A DNA stretch of 64,000 nucleotides, from the NCBI GenBank assembly GCA_009694135.1, contig SHVS01000012.1, positions 2,401 to 66,400 on the forward strand, given 5' to 3'. Source of the stretch: Alphaproteobacteria bacterium (GTDB lineage: Bacteria > Pseudomonadota > Alphaproteobacteria > UBA6615). Positions 28,412-39,970 of this stretch are shown here, piece after piece. Made by a program: the position numbers and the translations under genes. The first letter of the stretch is position 1. Each line of letters opens with the position of its first letter. The notes under the pieces were generated by a model. It had not been told where the DNA came from. It was given only the letters and a program-made list of their open reading frames with translations, and made no database searches.

Positions 28412-30645
28412 CGCGCGCGCTCCGGCGCCAGCACCAGCGTCGCCAGCGGCGGCAGCGTGAGTGCAAGCGAATGCTCATGCCCATGCGCCGGCACGTCTTC
28501 GGACTCGATCCGGCCGAGATTTCCTTGGCCGCTGCCGCCATAAATCTCCGCATCGGTGTTGAGCAGTTCGCGCCACGCTTCGCCCGAGGGCACGCCGATG
28601 CGATAGAAATGCCGGGCGACCGGTGTGAAGTTGCACACCACCACGACCACATCGCCCGGACGCTTGCCGCGCCGCAAATAGGCGAGCAGGCTGTTTGCCG
28701 CGTCGCTGCAATCGATCCAGGCGAAGCCGGCGCCCGCGCAGTCAAGCTCATGCAAGGCCGGTGTCGCGCGATAGAGCCGGTTCAGGTCGCGCACCAAGCG
28801 CTGCACCCCTTGATGGGGGGCGTGCGCCAGCAAGTGCCAGTCGAGGCTGCGGTCGTGCGACCACTCATCCCATTGGGCGAATTCGCCGCCCTGGAACAGC
28901 AGCTTCTTGCCCGGATGCGTCCACATATAACCGAAATAGGCGCGCAGATTGGCGAACTTCTGCCACACATCGCCCGGCATCTTGCCCAGGAGCGAGCCCT
29001 TGCCATGCACCACCTCGTCATGCGACAGCGGCAGGATAAAGTTTTCGCTGAACGCATAGAGCAAGCCGAAAGTCAGCTTGTCCTGGTGATATTTGCGATG
29101 CACCGGCTCGTGCCGCATGTAAACCAGGGTGTCGTTCATCCACCCCATGTTCCATTTGAAGCCGAAGCCGAGCCCGCCGGCGTAAGCCGGCTGCGAGACG
29201 CCCGGCCAGGACGTCGATTCCTCCGCGAAGGTGACCGCGCCCGCGTCTTCGGCATAGACCAGTTCGTTGAGCCGGCGGAGGAACGCGACCGCCTCGAGAT
29301 TGACGTTGCCGCCATATTGATTGGGCACCCAATCGCCGGGCTTACGGCTGTAATCGAGATAGAGCATCGAGGCGACCGCATCGACCCTGAGCCCGTCGAT
29401 GGCGAAGCGGCGCAGCCAGAACAGCGCATTGGCGACCAGGTGATTGACCACTTCGCGCCGGCCGTAATTGTAGATCAGCGTATCCCAATCGCGGTGGCGG
29501 CCCTGGCGCGGGTCGTCGTGTTCATACAGCGCCGTGCCATCGAAACGCGCCAGGCCATGCGCGTCATCGGGGAAATGTCCCGGCACCCAATCGGCGATCA
29601 CGCCTAGCCCCGCCGCATGGCAACGATCGACGAAGGCGCGGAATTCCTCCGGCGTGCCATGCCGGCTGGTCGGCGCATAAAGCCCGATCGGCTGATAGCC
29701 CCAGGATCCATCGAACGGATGCTCGGCCACCGGCATCAGCTCGATATGCGTGAAGCCGAGGTCGAGCACATAGGGCACCAGCGCATCGGCCAGCTCGGCA
29801 TAAGTCATGAGCGTGTCGCCGCGCTCGCCCTTGCGCCGCCAGGAGCCCAGATGCACTTCGTAGATCGTAATCGGCGCATCGCGCCGGTTGAGCGCGGCGC
29901 GTTTCGCTCGCCACGGATCGCGCGCGTCTTCCTCGAGCGGGGTTTGGGCGACGATCGAGGCGGTGCGCGGCCGCAACTCGGCGCGGAACCCGACCGGATC
30001 GGATTTGGACGGCAGCAGCGCGCCATCGGGACCGAGTAGCTCGTATTTGTAGAGCGCGCCCGGTGCGATCCCGGGGATGAACAACTCCCACACGCCACGT
30101 TCCTGCCTAAGGCGCATTGGATGGCAGCGGCCGTCCCAACTATTCCAGGAACCGACGACGCTGACCCGGCGTGCATTCGGCGCCCAGACGGCGAAGGCGA
30201 CGCCATCGACGCCGTCGATGGTCAGCGGATGGGCGCCGAGCTTGTCGTACAGGCGCTGATTTCTGCCTTCGCCCAAGAGATACAGATCGAAATCGCTCAG
30301 CAGCGGTGGGAAGCGATACGGGTCTTCGATCTCGCTTGCCCGCCCGCCGGATTCGATCCGCAGCCGGTAGCGCTGGGGCGCATCGACGATCGCGCCGGCG
30401 AACAGCCCGGCGGGATGGACGCGGACAAGTTCGCCCGCGCTTGCGCCGCTCAAGGCGTCGATCACCTGCACGCGGCTGGAGCTGGGCTGCAACGTGCGGT
30501 ACACCGCGCCGGTGGCTATGTCATGCCGGCCGAGCAAGGAGAAGGGATCGCCGTGGCGCCCATCGGCGAGCGCGATCAGCTCCGGCGTCAGCGCATTGGT
30601 GTCGGGCGATGCGTCATGCGTGTTTGCGATCGAGCGCACGGTCAT
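28408..30645 (-). CDS. glgB: 1,4-alpha-glucan branching enzyme
   Basis: Start taken at ATG 30645 ([10 protein letters not shown]) to avoid overlap with the upstream gene. Family blocks [44 protein letters not shown] and [11 protein letters not shown]. Confidence 0.9.
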   Translation of the reverse strand: MTVRSIANTHDASPDTNALTPELIALADGRHGDPFSLLGRHDIATGAVYRTLQPSSSRVQVIDALSGASAGELVRVHPAGLFAGAIVDAPQRYRLRIESGGRASEIEDPYRFPPLLSDFDLYLLGEGRNQRLYDKLGAHPLTIDGVDGVAFAVWAPNARRVSVVGSWNSWDGRCHPMRLRQERGVWELFIPGIAPGALYKYELLGPDGALLPSKSDPVGFRAELRPRTASIVAQTPLEEDARDPWRAKRAALNRRDAPITIYEVHLGSWRRKGERGDTLMTYAELADALVPYVLDLGFTHIELMPVAEHPFDGSWGYQPIGLYAPTSRHGTPEEFRAFVDRCHAAGLGVIADWVPGHFPDDAHGLARFDGTALYEHDDPRQGRHRDWDTLIYNYGRREVVNHLVANALFWLRRFAIDGLRVDAVASMLYLDYSRKPGDWVPNQYGGNVNLEAVAFLRRLNELVYAEDAGAVTFAEESTSWPGVSQPAYAGGLGFGFKWNMGWMNDTLVYMRHEPVHRKYHQDKLTFGLLYAFSENFILPLSHDEVVHGKGSLLGKMPGDVWQKFANLRAYFGYMWTHPGKKLLFQGGEFAQWDEWSHDRSLDWHLLAHAPHQGVQRLVRDLNRLYRATPALHELDCAGAGFAWIDCSDAANSLLAYLRRGKRPGDVVVVVCNFTPVARHFYRIGVPSGEAWRELLNTDAEIYGGSGQGNLGRIESEDVPAHGHEHSLALTLPPLATLVLAPERAR

Positions 30646-30704
30646 GTCCAGTTGCTGGTACTCGATCTTGCGGCGCTGTGCCACTGACAGCGAGCGCGCG
30701 CGGG

Positions 30705-31640
30705 TCACGCCGCCGCCATCTCCGGCACCAAATCGAAAAAGCGTATCGCCGCCAGCCGGGCGAACAGCGCGCGCTCGACGTCGGGCGCAAGCGGCTGCAA
30801 CGGGGGCAGCAGGTTGCGCCACGCCGCGTCGCCGCTGCGTCGCCGCGTGAGCGCCTTGAGCGCCGCCACCATCGGCGCAGCGTCCAGCGCAGCGCGCGAT
30901 GCCTCGACTTCGGCTTGCAGGCGATCGGCCTCCGGCGTGCGCCAGGCGCGATATTGCCGCTGCAACAGCGGCGCGAGCACATTGGCGGTGGAGGCGATGC
31001 AGCCGGCGCCGCCGGCGCGCAAAGTTTCAAGCAGGAACCGCTCCGGGCCGCAAAAGATCGCGTGATCGGGGAAATCGGCGATCAGCCGCTCGGTAGCAAG
31101 CCAATCACCGGCGGCGTCCTTGATGCCCTCGACCGTGCCTGGAAACGCGGTCACGAGGCGCGCGAACAGCTCGACCGTCACCGCTACGCCGGACAGTTTG
31201 GGGATATTGTACAAGAACAGCCGCAGCCGCGGATCGCCGATGCGTTCGATGACCTCCGCGAAAAATGCGAATAGCCCGTCTTCACTCGCCGTCTTGTAAT
31301 AGAACGGCGGCAGGGCAAGAAGGTTGGGACAGCCGGCGGCCAGCGAGGTGCGGCCCAGGGCAACGGCGTCGGCGAGCGACGAACTGCCGATACCGATCAT
31401 CAACCGATCGGCCTCAATCGTGGCGGCGGAGGCGCCGATCAAGTCCAGGCGTTCAGCGTAGGACAGGCTGTTCGCCTCGCCGGTGGTGCCGAGCAGCAGC
31501 ACGCCGTCGCAGCCATGGGCCAGCAGCCAACGCGCATGCGCGACGCTGCGCCCGATGTCGAGCGCAAGCTGGTCATCTGCGGCTGTAAGCGCGGCCGCCC
31601 AGACCCCCGCCAGCCGATGGCTCGGTCGATGCTCCTGCAT
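30705..31640 (-). CDS. dihydrodipicolinate synthase/N-acetylneuraminate lyase family protein
   Basis: [15 protein letters not shown] (GxxGE motif), YNIPKLSGV and a Schiff-base-type Lys in GIKDAAGDW. Confidence 0.75.
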   Translation of the reverse strand: MQEHRPSHRLAGVWAAALTAADDQLALDIGRSVAHARWLLAHGCDGVLLLGTTGEANSLSYAERLDLIGASAATIEADRLMIGIGSSSLADAVALGRTSLAAGCPNLLALPPFYYKTASEDGLFAFFAEVIERIGDPRLRLFLYNIPKLSGVAVTVELFARLVTAFPGTVEGIKDAAGDWLATERLIADFPDHAIFCGPERFLLETLRAGGAGCIASTANVLAPLLQRQYRAWRTPEADRLQAEVEASRAALDAAPMVAALKALTRRRSGDAAWRNLLPPLQPLAPDVERALFARLAAIRFFDLVPEMAAA

Positions 31641-31761
31641 GCTCGCAGTCTATGCCGAAATCGCTTAACCAAGCGATACTCGCCAAAGCCGCATCCGGGG
31701 AGTAGTCTCGCCGCTACACCGCGCCGGCCGCGGGTCGGCTGGCGCCCAAGGGGGAGGATTC

Positions 31762-32616
31762 ATGTCCCGGCCTCTTGCCGTCAAACTTTTGGCCGCCAGC
31801 CTTGCCGCCGCGGCCTTGGCCCTATCCGCCCCGGCGCAAGCCGAAATACCCGTCGATTTGGAGCTGGTGCTGGCGGTCGATGTCTCCGGCAGCATCGACA
31901 ACCAGGAAGCGACCCTGCAGCGCGACGGCTATGTCGCGGCGCTGGCGCACCCCAAGGTGATCGCCGCCATCAAGGCCGGCGCCTATGGGCGCATCGCCGT
32001 GACCTATGTCGAATGGGCCGGCGTGAACTTTCAGAATGTCATCATTCCTTGGCGGCTGATCAGCGACGAGGCCAGCGCTAGGCGCTTTTCCGCCGAGTTG
32101 TCGGACGCGGCCTTCACCCGCGAGCGCTACACCTCGATTTCGGGCGGGATTCAATTCGCCATGCCGCTGTTCGACCACAACGGCTATGAGGGCCTACGCC
32201 GGGTCATCGACGTGTCGGGCGACGGCCCCAACAACCGCGGCGGCTATGTCGATCTGGTGCGCGACGTCGCCGTCGGGCGCGGGATCATCATCAACGGGCT
32301 GCCGATCCTCAACGACCGCTTCGTCGGCTTCGGCGGCCAGAACCTGCCCGACCTTGACCTCTATTACGAAAAATGCGTGATCGGCGGCCCGGGCTCCTTC
32401 TTGATCGCGGCCAAGGATTTCGGCGATTTCTCCCAGGCGATCCTGAAGAAGCTTATTCTCGAGATCGCCGATCTTGGCCCGCCGACAGGGGTTATTCCGG
32501 TCGCCGAGCGGGTCGCCCCGCCCTGCGACATCGGCGAACGCCTGCAGCGCGCGCGATCTCGGGTTTCGCTGAGAGCAAAACATGCGCTCGCGGCGTCCGG
32601 TCGCATGGAACCTTGA
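31762..32616 (+). CDS. DUF1194 (vWA-like) domain protein, secreted
   Basis: Signal peptide, then LVLAVDVSGSIDNQEATLQRDGYVAAL...VTYVEWAG...RRVIDVSGDGPNN...INGLPIL. Confidence 0.7.
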   Translation: MSRPLAVKLLAASLAAAALALSAPAQAEIPVDLELVLAVDVSGSIDNQEATLQRDGYVAALAHPKVIAAIKAGAYGRIAVTYVEWAGVNFQNVIIPWRLISDEASARRFSAELSDAAFTRERYTSISGGIQFAMPLFDHNGYEGLRRVIDVSGDGPNNRGGYVDLVRDVAVGRGIIINGLPILNDRFVGFGGQNLPDLDLYYEKCVIGGPGSFLIAAKDFGDFSQAILKKLILEIADLGPPTGVIPVAERVAPPCDIGERLQRARSRVSLRAKHALAASGRMEP

Positions 32617-32718
32617 CGGGTTGCGTGGAACCTTGGTCAACTTGGAGCGGCGGGCGGTAATATACGCGCGCGCCTGAGAACAAGACCGGAACATCAGCGA
32701 GAACTTGGGGAGATCACT

Positions 32719-33753
32719 ATGGCGTCGAATGCGGCGGAGTTGGAGAAGATCGCACGGGCGATGGTCGCGCGCGGCAAGGGCATCCTCGCCGCCGACGAGT
32801 CGAGCGGCACGATGGGCAAGCGCCTGCAGAGCATCAAGGTGCAGGACTCGGTCGAGTTGCGCCGCGCCTATCGCGAGATGCTGTTCACGACCAAAGGCGC
32901 GGGCGAATACGTCAGCGGCGCGATCCTGTATGACGAGACCATCCGGCAAAGCACCTCCGCCGGGAAGTCCTTCGTCAATGCGCTCAAGGACGAAGGCATT
33001 CTTACCGGCATCAAGGTCGACACCGGCGCGAAGCCTTTGGCCGGCGGGCGCAAGGGCGAGACCATCACCGAAGGCCTCGACGGGCTGCGCGAACGGCTGA
33101 AGGAATATCACACCAACGGCGCACGTTTCGCCAAGTGGCGCGCGGTGATCACCATCGGCAACGGCCTGCCGTCGCGCGCGGCGATCGAAACCAACGCGCA
33201 TGCGCTCGCCCGTTACGCGTCGCTGTGCCAGGAAGCCGGCATCGTCCCGATCGTCGAGCCGGAAGTTTTGATGGACGGCGACCATTCGATCGAGCGCTGC
33301 CAGGAAGTGACCGAAGAGACGCTGAACGCCGTCTATGAGCAGCTGTTCGTGCAGAACGTGCTGCTCGAAGGCACTATCCTGAAGCCGAACATGATCATCG
33401 CCGGCGCGTCCTGTAAGACCCAGGCGACGATGCAGCAGGTGGCCGAGGCGACCATCAAGACGCTGCGCCGCTGCGTTCCGGGCGCCGTTCCGGGGATCGC
33501 GTTCCTCTCCGGCGGCCAGGAAGAGGAAGATTCGACAGCGCATCTGAACGCCATGAACGCGCTCGGGCCGCAACCATGGGAAGTGTCTTTCTCCTATGGC
33601 CGCGCGCTGCAGCATTCGGCGCTGAACAAATGGGCCGGCAAGGCGGAAAATGTGAAGGCGGCGCAGACAATTTACCTGCATCGCGCGAAGATGAACTCGC
33701 TCGCCCGCTCGGCCAAATACTCCGAGAAAGAGGAAAAGAAGCTCGCCGCCTAA
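32719..33753 (+). CDS. fba: class I fructose-bisphosphate aldolase
   Basis: GILAADESSGTMGKRL, GIKVDTG, FAKWRAV, IVEPEVL, LLEGTILKPNM and FLSGGQ. Confidence 0.92.
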   Translation: MASNAAELEKIARAMVARGKGILAADESSGTMGKRLQSIKVQDSVELRRAYREMLFTTKGAGEYVSGAILYDETIRQSTSAGKSFVNALKDEGILTGIKVDTGAKPLAGGRKGETITEGLDGLRERLKEYHTNGARFAKWRAVITIGNGLPSRAAIETNAHALARYASLCQEAGIVPIVEPEVLMDGDHSIERCQEVTEETLNAVYEQLFVQNVLLEGTILKPNMIIAGASCKTQATMQQVAEATIKTLRRCVPGAVPGIAFLSGGQEEEDSTAHLNAMNALGPQPWEVSFSYGRALQHSALNKWAGKAENVKAAQTIYLHRAKMNSLARSAKYSEKEEKKLAA

Positions 33754-33784
33754 GGCGTTCTTCCACAGCGGTCACCGCTCAAAA

Positions 33785-33816
33785 CCCCCTCCCCGCGCGG
33801 GAGGGGGTTGTTTTTT
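33785..33816. terminator. bidirectional rho-independent terminator between convergent genes
   Basis: AAAA-CCCCCTCCC-cgcgc-GGGAGGGGG-TTGTTTTTT. A 9-bp G/C stem is flanked by an A-run and a T-run, 32 nt after the fba stop codon. Confidence 0.8.
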
Positions 33817-33842
33817 GCGACCCGCGCGTCTCCGGCCAAGCC

Positions 33843-34439
33843 TTACTTCGGTTTCAGCGCCTTGGCCCAGCCGGTGAGGATATACTTCTCGTGCGTCTGG
33901 CTGATCTGGCTGCGGTGCGGATAGCAGAAATTGGCCGGGAACATCAGCACCTTCCCCTGTTTCGCCTCGCAGATGTATTTCCGATGCTGGAGCTCGGTGC
34001 CGCCGCCCGGCACATCGTTCAGATAGAGCAAGAAAACCAGGTGCCGCTCGATCTGATGGCCGGTCGCGTCGCAATGCCAGGCGTGATAACCGCCGCCCGG
34101 CTTGTAGTACTGGAAATGCTGCGGAGCCTCGAACTCGACCGGCTGCCGCCAGGGCGCTTCCGTATCCCGGTAGTATTTGGGAATGAAATCGACGAACTGC
34201 TTGAAGACGGACTGGTAGCCGCTTTCTTCCGGCGAAGGGAGGCCGTGGTTGCCCTTGGGAATGCTGAGAACGCTTAAGTCCTCGCTGTCCTTGACCTTCT
34301 TGTTGATCTCGAAATTGCCGGTGCGGCCCGGTCCGGTGAAGCCCAGTTTCTTCGCCTGATTGAAGAACGCGATCAGCCGGTCACAGACGGAAATATCGTC
34401 CAGGTAATACTCCCTGACGAAATGCATGCTCGCGTCCAT
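33843..34439 (-). CDS. 2OG-Fe(II) oxygenase superfamily protein
   Basis: HxD...H pattern (YHAWHCDA ... FPANFCYPHRS) and LVFLLYLNDVPGGGTEL. Start is at ATG 34439 or 34427. Confidence 0.6.
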   Translation of the reverse strand: MDASMHFVREYYLDDISVCDRLIAFFNQAKKLGFTGPGRTGNFEINKKVKDSEDLSVLSIPKGNHGLPSPEESGYQSVFKQFVDFIPKYYRDTEAPWRQPVEFEAPQHFQYYKPGGGYHAWHCDATGHQIERHLVFLLYLNDVPGGGTELQHRKYICEAKQGKVLMFPANFCYPHRSQISQTHEKYILTGWAKALKPK

Positions 34440-34544
34440 GCCGTCAGCTCCCGTGCAATCCGGCCGTCGAAAACCGCATCCGTGCGCGCCTCGGCCTTGG
34501 CCGCCAATTTCCACGACCGGCCGCGCGTACCCGCGCCAACCAGC

Positions 34545-35084
34545 CTAGCGCGGCGCGATCACCATGACCATCTGCCGGCCTTCGAAGCGCGGCGAGGATT
34601 CGACCTTGGCGATCACGTCGAGCTCGTCGCGCACGCGGTCGAGCACCTTCATCCCCAGCTCGGGATGGGCCATCTCGCGGCCGCGGAAGCGCAAGGTGAC
34701 CTTGACCTTGTCGCCTTCCTCGAGGAACCGCTTCGCGCTGCGCATCTTCACCTCGTAATCGTGGATGTCGATGTTCGGGCGCAGCTTGATTTCCTTGATC
34801 TCAATGACCTTCTGCTTGCGGCGCTGCTCGGCGCGCTGCTTCTGCTTCTGGTACTTGAGCTTGCCGACATCGACGATCTTGACCACGGGCGGTTCGGCGT
34901 CGGCCGCGATCTCGACCAGATCGAGCCCGGCGGAAGTGGCGCGCTCAAGCGCCGCTTCGCGAGTGACGATGCCGTGCGCTTCGCCATATTGGTCAATCAG
35001 GCGCACCTGCGGCGCGATGATGTCTTCATTAGTCCTTGGACCGGATTTATCGGGCGGGGCAAGGTCAGACGGACGTCTAGCGAT
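34545..35084 (-). CDS. infC: translation initiation factor IF-3 (non-canonical ATC start)
   Basis: [23 protein letters not shown]...EAALERA...[10 protein letters not shown]...[13 protein letters not shown]. The only plausible start after the in-frame thrS TAG is ATC 35084, 6 nt after GGAGA. Confidence 0.85.
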   Translation of the reverse strand: MARRPSDLAPPDKSGPRTNEDIIAPQVRLIDQYGEAHGIVTREAALERATSAGLDLVEIAADAEPPVVKIVDVGKLKYQKQKQRAEQRRKQKVIEIKEIKLRPNIDIHDYEVKMRSAKRFLEEGDKVKVTLRFRGREMAHPELGMKVLDRVRDELDVIAKVESSPRFEGRQMVMVIAPR

Positions 35085-35114
35085 AGAGCTTCTCCATTCT
35101 TGGGCCGCCGCCGC

Positions 35115-37049
35115 CTATGAGCGGGCGGGTCCGGCGGCAGCGGCGCTAAGATCGGCGAGAGCCGCATCGAGCGCAACGGTTTCCTGACGGTCGGAGCCAA
35201 GCCGCCGCAGGGCGACCGAGCGCGTTTCGCCCTCGCGCTTGCCGACCACCAGCAGGACCGGCACCTTGGCCAATGAGTGCTCGCGCACCTTATAGCCGAT
35301 TTTCTCGTTGCGCAGGTCGAGCGCGACCCTGAGGCCATGGGCCTGGGCCGCCGCCGCGACCTCGCGGGCATAGTCGTCGCCGTCGTTGGTGATCGTCGCC
35401 ACCACGCCTTGGACCGGCGCCAGCCAAAACGGCAGGCTCCCCGCGTGATGTTCGATCAGAATGGCGAGGAACCGTTCAAAGGATCCCAGAATCGCCCGGT
35501 GCAGCATCACCGGCCGGTGTTTCTTGCCGTCTTCGGCGACGTAGCTGGCATCCAGACGTTCCGGCAGCACGAAATCGACCTGCAGCGTGCCGCATTGCCA
35601 GTCGCGGCCGATGGCGTCGCGCAGCACGAATTCGAGCTTCGGGCCATAGAACGCCCCCTCGCCCGGATTGAGGGTGTAGGTAAGCCCGGCCGCTTCGGTG
35701 GCGGTCTTGAGCGCCGCCTCGGCCCGGTCCCAGACCTCGTCCGTGCCGGCGCGAACCGCCGGGCGGGTGGAGAACTTCACCTTCACCTCGGTGAAACCGA
35801 AATCGCGATAGACGCTCTGCAACAGATCGCAGAAGGCGCGCGTTTCTGTCACGATCTGCGCCTCGGTGCAGAAGATATGCGCGTCGTCCTGGGTGAAGGC
35901 GCGCACGCGCATCATGCCGTGCAGCGCGCCCGAGGGCTCGTTGCGGTGACAGGCGCCGAATTCGGCCATGCGGATCGGCAGGTCGCGATAGGAGGTGATT
36001 CCCTGCTTGAAAATCTGCACATGGCCGGGGCAGTTCATCGGCTTGACCGCCAGCACTTTTTCGCCATCGGCCGCGACCGTGAACATGTGCTCGCGGAACT
36101 TCTCCCAATGGCCGGATTTCTCCCACAGGCTGCGGTCGATCAGCTGCGGGGTGCGCACCTCGACATAGCCCGCGACGGCCAGGCGGCCGCGAATGTAGTT
36201 CTCGACCGTGCGCCACAGGGTCCAGCCCTTGGGATGCCAGAACACGGCCCCGGCGGCTTCTTCCTGCTGGTGGAACAGTCCAAGCTCGCGCCCCAAGCGG
36301 CGGTGGTCGCGCTTTTCCGCCTCCTCGAGCAGGCGCAGGTAATCCTTGAGCTGCTGCTCGCTCGCCCAGGCGGTGCCGTAGATGCGTTGCAGCGGCGGTT
36401 TGTTCGAATCGCCGCGCCAATAGGCGCCGGACAGCTTGGTCAGCTTGAACGCAGTGCCGAGTTTCCCGGTCGAGGGCAGATGCGGGCCGACGCACAGGTC
36501 GAGCCATGCGCCCTGCCGATAGACCGAGATCTCCGCTTCGCGCGGGAGCGTCTCGATATGCTCGGCCTTGAAGTGCTCGCCCTTCCGTTTGAAGAACGCG
36601 ATCGCATCGTCGCGCTCCCAAACCTCGCGCGTGATTGCCTCATCGCGCGCCACGATCTCGCGCATGCGCGTCTCGATCTTGGCCAGATCCTCGGGCGTGA
36701 ACGGCGTCGAGCGATGAAAATCGTAATAGAAGCCGTTTTCGATCGCCGGGCCGAAGGTGACCTGGGCGTCTGGATAGAGCTCCTGCACCGCCTCGGCCAT
36801 GACATGCGCGGCGTCATGGCGCAGCAATTCGAGTGCATCCACGTCCTTGCCGGTGACGATGGCGATGGCGGCATCGCGCTTGAGCGGCGCGTTAAGGTCC
36901 TGCATCGAACCATCGACGCGGATCGCCAGCGCGGCGCGCGCCAAGCCCGGACCGATGGAGGCGGCGACCTGCGCGCCGGTCACCAGGCCGGGAAAGCGGC
37001 GCGTGCTGCCATCGGGCAGGGTCAGGCAAAGCTCGCCGGTTTCGGCCAT
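35115..37049 (-). CDS. thrS: threonine--tRNA ligase
   Basis: 644 aa with TGS, editing and class II core domains. Blocks include [48 protein letters not shown] and FYGPKLEF. Confidence 0.96.
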   Translation of the reverse strand: MAETGELCLTLPDGSTRRFPGLVTGAQVAASIGPGLARAALAIRVDGSMQDLNAPLKRDAAIAIVTGKDVDALELLRHDAAHVMAEAVQELYPDAQVTFGPAIENGFYYDFHRSTPFTPEDLAKIETRMREIVARDEAITREVWERDDAIAFFKRKGEHFKAEHIETLPREAEISVYRQGAWLDLCVGPHLPSTGKLGTAFKLTKLSGAYWRGDSNKPPLQRIYGTAWASEQQLKDYLRLLEEAEKRDHRRLGRELGLFHQQEEAAGAVFWHPKGWTLWRTVENYIRGRLAVAGYVEVRTPQLIDRSLWEKSGHWEKFREHMFTVAADGEKVLAVKPMNCPGHVQIFKQGITSYRDLPIRMAEFGACHRNEPSGALHGMMRVRAFTQDDAHIFCTEAQIVTETRAFCDLLQSVYRDFGFTEVKVKFSTRPAVRAGTDEVWDRAEAALKTATEAAGLTYTLNPGEGAFYGPKLEFVLRDAIGRDWQCGTLQVDFVLPERLDASYVAEDGKKHRPVMLHRAILGSFERFLAILIEHHAGSLPFWLAPVQGVVATITNDGDDYAREVAAAAQAHGLRVALDLRNEKIGYKVREHSLAKVPVLLVVGKREGETRSVALRRLGSDRQETVALDAALADLSAAAAGPARS

Positions 37050-37134
37050 TATGTCCTCGAACCTACCGCATCAGGGGTCGCGCGAGTGTAGCGCAGCCCC
37101 GGCGTGGCTTCAACCTCGCCCGCCACCGCCGCGG

Positions 37135-38352
37135 TTATTGGCCGGGGGCCAGCTCCTCATAGACGGCGCAGGTGAGCGCCACCATGCGGGCCACGTCGTA
37201 GTTCATCCGCACATGCTCGCGGGCGATCGCCGCCAGCCGCAGGCGGGCCTCGCCGTTGAGCGCCAAAGCCTGGGCCAAGGCCGTGGCCAAGGCATTGGGA
37301 TCCTGCGGCGGGTAGGCCCAACCGGTTTGGCCGGGCAGGATCTGTTCGCGCGCTCCGCCATGGTCGGAAACGACGACCGGCCTCCCCATCGCTTGCGCCT
37401 CGGACACCGTGCGACCAAAGGATTCGGGCCGGACCGACGCCGACACCACGACATCGGCGAGCATATAGGCGGCCGGCATGTCATCGCAGTGGTCGACCAG
37501 CATCAGGCGGGCACCGAGGCCACGCTTGGCCGCCAACCGAACCAACCGGTCGCGATAACGCTGACTCTCGCCGACCGCGCCAACCAGCAGGCAGACGATG
37601 TTCTCCCGGCCGAGCCGCGCCATGGCTTCGATCAGCACCGCATGGCCTTTGCTGCGCGTCATGCGCGCCGGCAGCATGACCACCGGCTGCCCATCCGGCA
37701 GCCGCCAAGCGCGCGCGAGGCGGATCACGCGTTCGGCGCTGACGCGCGCGGGGTCATAGCGCTTCAGGTCGATCCCGCGCGGAATCACGCGCAGCCGCTC
37801 GGGCGCGATTCGATAGTGGCTCTGCAGATAATTGGCAATGAAATGCGAGTTGGCGATCACCCGCTCGCCACGGGTCATGATCGCATTGTAACGGCGCTTG
37901 AGCGGGCCGGTGAGTGCATAGGCGCCATGCACCGTAGTCACAAAGTGAGCGCCGGTGCGCTTGGCGGCATGGTAGGCGCTCCAGGCCGGGCCGCGCGCGC
38001 TGGCATGCACAATGTCGATCTTAAGTTCCGTGATCGCGCGCGTAAGCCGCCTGGCATTGCGCCACAACGTGAACGGATTGCGCGACGTGAGCGGAAGGGT
38101 GAGATGCGCGACATGCGCGCGCCCGAGTTCGCGCAGCATGTCACCGCCGGATGAGGCGACAAACGCCTCGACATCGGAGGCCGCAAGCACCGCCGCGACA
38201 TCGATCGCGCTGCGCTCGACACCTCCGCCGCCGCGCTCGAGCGCCGGCACAACCTGCAGCACGCGCGGATGTCCGTGCGGCCAGGCGGCCGCCTCTATCA
38301 ATTCACTGTTGGACATCGATGCGGGCATTGAGTCTGCGCAGCCGCCCCTCAA
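37135..38352 (-). CDS. glycosyltransferase family 4 (group 1)
   Basis: N-terminal VLQVVPALERGGGGVER and C-terminal SVRPESFGRTVSEAQAMGRPVVVSDHGGAREQI. The start may be an internal Met (38328 or 38316). Confidence 0.8.
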   Translation of the reverse strand: MRGGCADSMPASMSNSELIEAAAWPHGHPRVLQVVPALERGGGGVERSAIDVAAVLAASDVEAFVASSGGDMLRELGRAHVAHLTLPLTSRNPFTLWRNARRLTRAITELKIDIVHASARGPAWSAYHAAKRTGAHFVTTVHGAYALTGPLKRRYNAIMTRGERVIANSHFIANYLQSHYRIAPERLRVIPRGIDLKRYDPARVSAERVIRLARAWRLPDGQPVVMLPARMTRSKGHAVLIEAMARLGRENIVCLLVGAVGESQRYRDRLVRLAAKRGLGARLMLVDHCDDMPAAYMLADVVVSASVRPESFGRTVSEAQAMGRPVVVSDHGGAREQILPGQTGWAYPPQDPNALATALAQALALNGEARLRLAAIAREHVRMNYDVARMVALTCAVYEELAPGQ

Positions 38353-38399
38353 TCGGCGATGACACGGGCTAAAGCAACGGAATTAGGCGGCTAATATGC

Positions 38400-39278
38400 C
38401 TAGCCGAACATGAGCAATGCCTTAAGCCCGGCACGAAAATCAGGATAGGCGAGGCGCACGCCAAGCTCGCGCTTGATGCGCTCGTTCCGCACCCGCTTGC
38501 TCTCGGCATAAAAGCTGCGCGCGAACTCGGTCATCGGCGCGGTGGCAAAGGGCTCCTCCGGCGGTGGAGCGACGCCAAGCAGCGTACAGGCATGCTCGAC
38601 CATCGCCTGCGGCGGCGCCGGCTCGTCGTCGGCCAGATTATAGACCGCGCCGGGGTTGGGCTGCGCCATCGAGGCCAGCAGCACCTGCACTATATCGGCG
38701 ACATGAATGCGCGAGAACACCTGGCCCGGCTTGAGAATGCGCCGCGCGCTCCCCGCTCGCACCTGGTCGAGCGCGTTGCGCCCCGGGCCATAGATTCCGG
38801 CTAGGCGAAAGACATGCACCGGAAGACCTTGTTCGCGCCCCAGCCGGAGCCAACCGGCTTCCGCCTCGACCCGGCGACGGCCGCGCGCGCCCACCGGCCT
38901 TAACTCCGAGGATTCATCCACCCAGGCGCCGGCGCGGTCGCCATAAACCGCTGTGGTGGAGAGATAGCCGATCCAATGCAGGCGTGACGCCGCGCGCGCC
39001 AAATCCTCGGCATGCTCGGCCAGGACCGGGTCGCCTTCTCCATCGGGCGGGATCGAAACCAGGATATGCGTCGCCCGTTGGATCGTGTCGTGGCCGAGTT
39101 TTTGGCCCCGGGTGAAGACCTGCCCCGACACGCCCTCGCCCTCCAGCTTGGCCGCCTCGTCGGGCGCGCGCCGGGTCCCGATCACGCTCCAGCCCGCCTC
39201 CTGATCGGGCAAGACGCGCGCGAGCGCCCGCGCCGTGTAGCCATGGCCGAAGCAGAGCAGGACCGCTCCGTCAGCCAC
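38400..39278 (-). CDS. SDR family NAD(P)-dependent epimerase/dehydratase-like protein
   Basis: GTG 39278 start was chosen because the longer ORF would overlap the upstream GST gene. Rossmann motif LLCFGHGYTARALA, then YGDRAG and FRLAGIYGPGR. Confidence 0.65.
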   Translation of the reverse strand: MADGAVLLCFGHGYTARALARVLPDQEAGWSVIGTRRAPDEAAKLEGEGVSGQVFTRGQKLGHDTIQRATHILVSIPPDGEGDPVLAEHAEDLARAASRLHWIGYLSTTAVYGDRAGAWVDESSELRPVGARGRRRVEAEAGWLRLGREQGLPVHVFRLAGIYGPGRNALDQVRAGSARRILKPGQVFSRIHVADIVQVLLASMAQPNPGAVYNLADDEPAPPQAMVEHACTLLGVAPPPEEPFATAPMTEFARSFYAESKRVRNERIKRELGVRLAYPDFRAGLKALLMFG

Positions 39279-39301
39279 CCGATCGCATCCCCGCGCGCGG
39301 C

Positions 39302-39970
39302 TTAGAAATCGAGATTGGCATAATGCTTGGCCGGTCCCATGCCGGGGATGAAATCGGCCAGGAGCGGCCGGAAGCTCGGGCGCGACTTGATCCGGACGTA
39401 CCAGTCCTTCGCCCCCGGATATTCGTCCCAGGGAACATCGCCCAGATAGTCGATCGCCGACACCTGCCCGGCCGCCGCCAGATCGGCCAGCGACAGCTCC
39501 GCCCCACCGAGCCAGCGCCGGCGCTCGGCGAGCCAGCCGATATAGGCGAGGTGGCCATGGATCTGCGCCAACGCCTTGCGGATCGCGCCCGAGTCGGGCA
39601 CGCCGCCGCCGCGCAGGCGCTTGTCGGCCTTCTCGACAATCAGCGTGCGTGTCACTTCGCGATACATCTTGTGGTCGAACCAAGCGACCAGGCGGCGCGC
39701 TTCGGCGCGCGCCAGCGGATCATCCGGTAGCAGCTTCGGCGCGCGGAACGTATCTTCGAGATATTCGCAGATGGCAACGGAATCCGACAGCGCGGTCCCG
39801 TCCGGCTCGACCAACACCGGCACTTCGCCGGCCGGGTTGAGGGCGAGGAAATCGTCGCCCGCTTCCCACACCGGCTCTTCCTCCAGCTCGAAGTCGAGCT
39901 TCTTCTCCTTGAGCGCAAGCCGCACCTTGCGCGCGAAGGGACAGAGCCATTGGTGGTAGAGGGTGCGCAT
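39302..39970 (-). CDS. glutathione S-transferase family protein
   Basis: Thioredoxin-like N-terminus (LYHQWLCPFARKVRLAL...NPAGEVPVL...LSDSVAICEYL) and a helical C-terminal domain. Confidence 0.85.
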   Translation of the reverse strand: MRTLYHQWLCPFARKVRLALKEKKLDFELEEEPVWEAGDDFLALNPAGEVPVLVEPDGTALSDSVAICEYLEDTFRAPKLLPDDPLARAEARRLVAWFDHKMYREVTRTLIVEKADKRLRGGGVPDSGAIRKALAQIHGHLAYIGWLAERRRWLGGAELSLADLAAAGQVSAIDYLGDVPWDEYPGAKDWYVRIKSRPSFRPLLADFIPGMGPAKHYANLDF

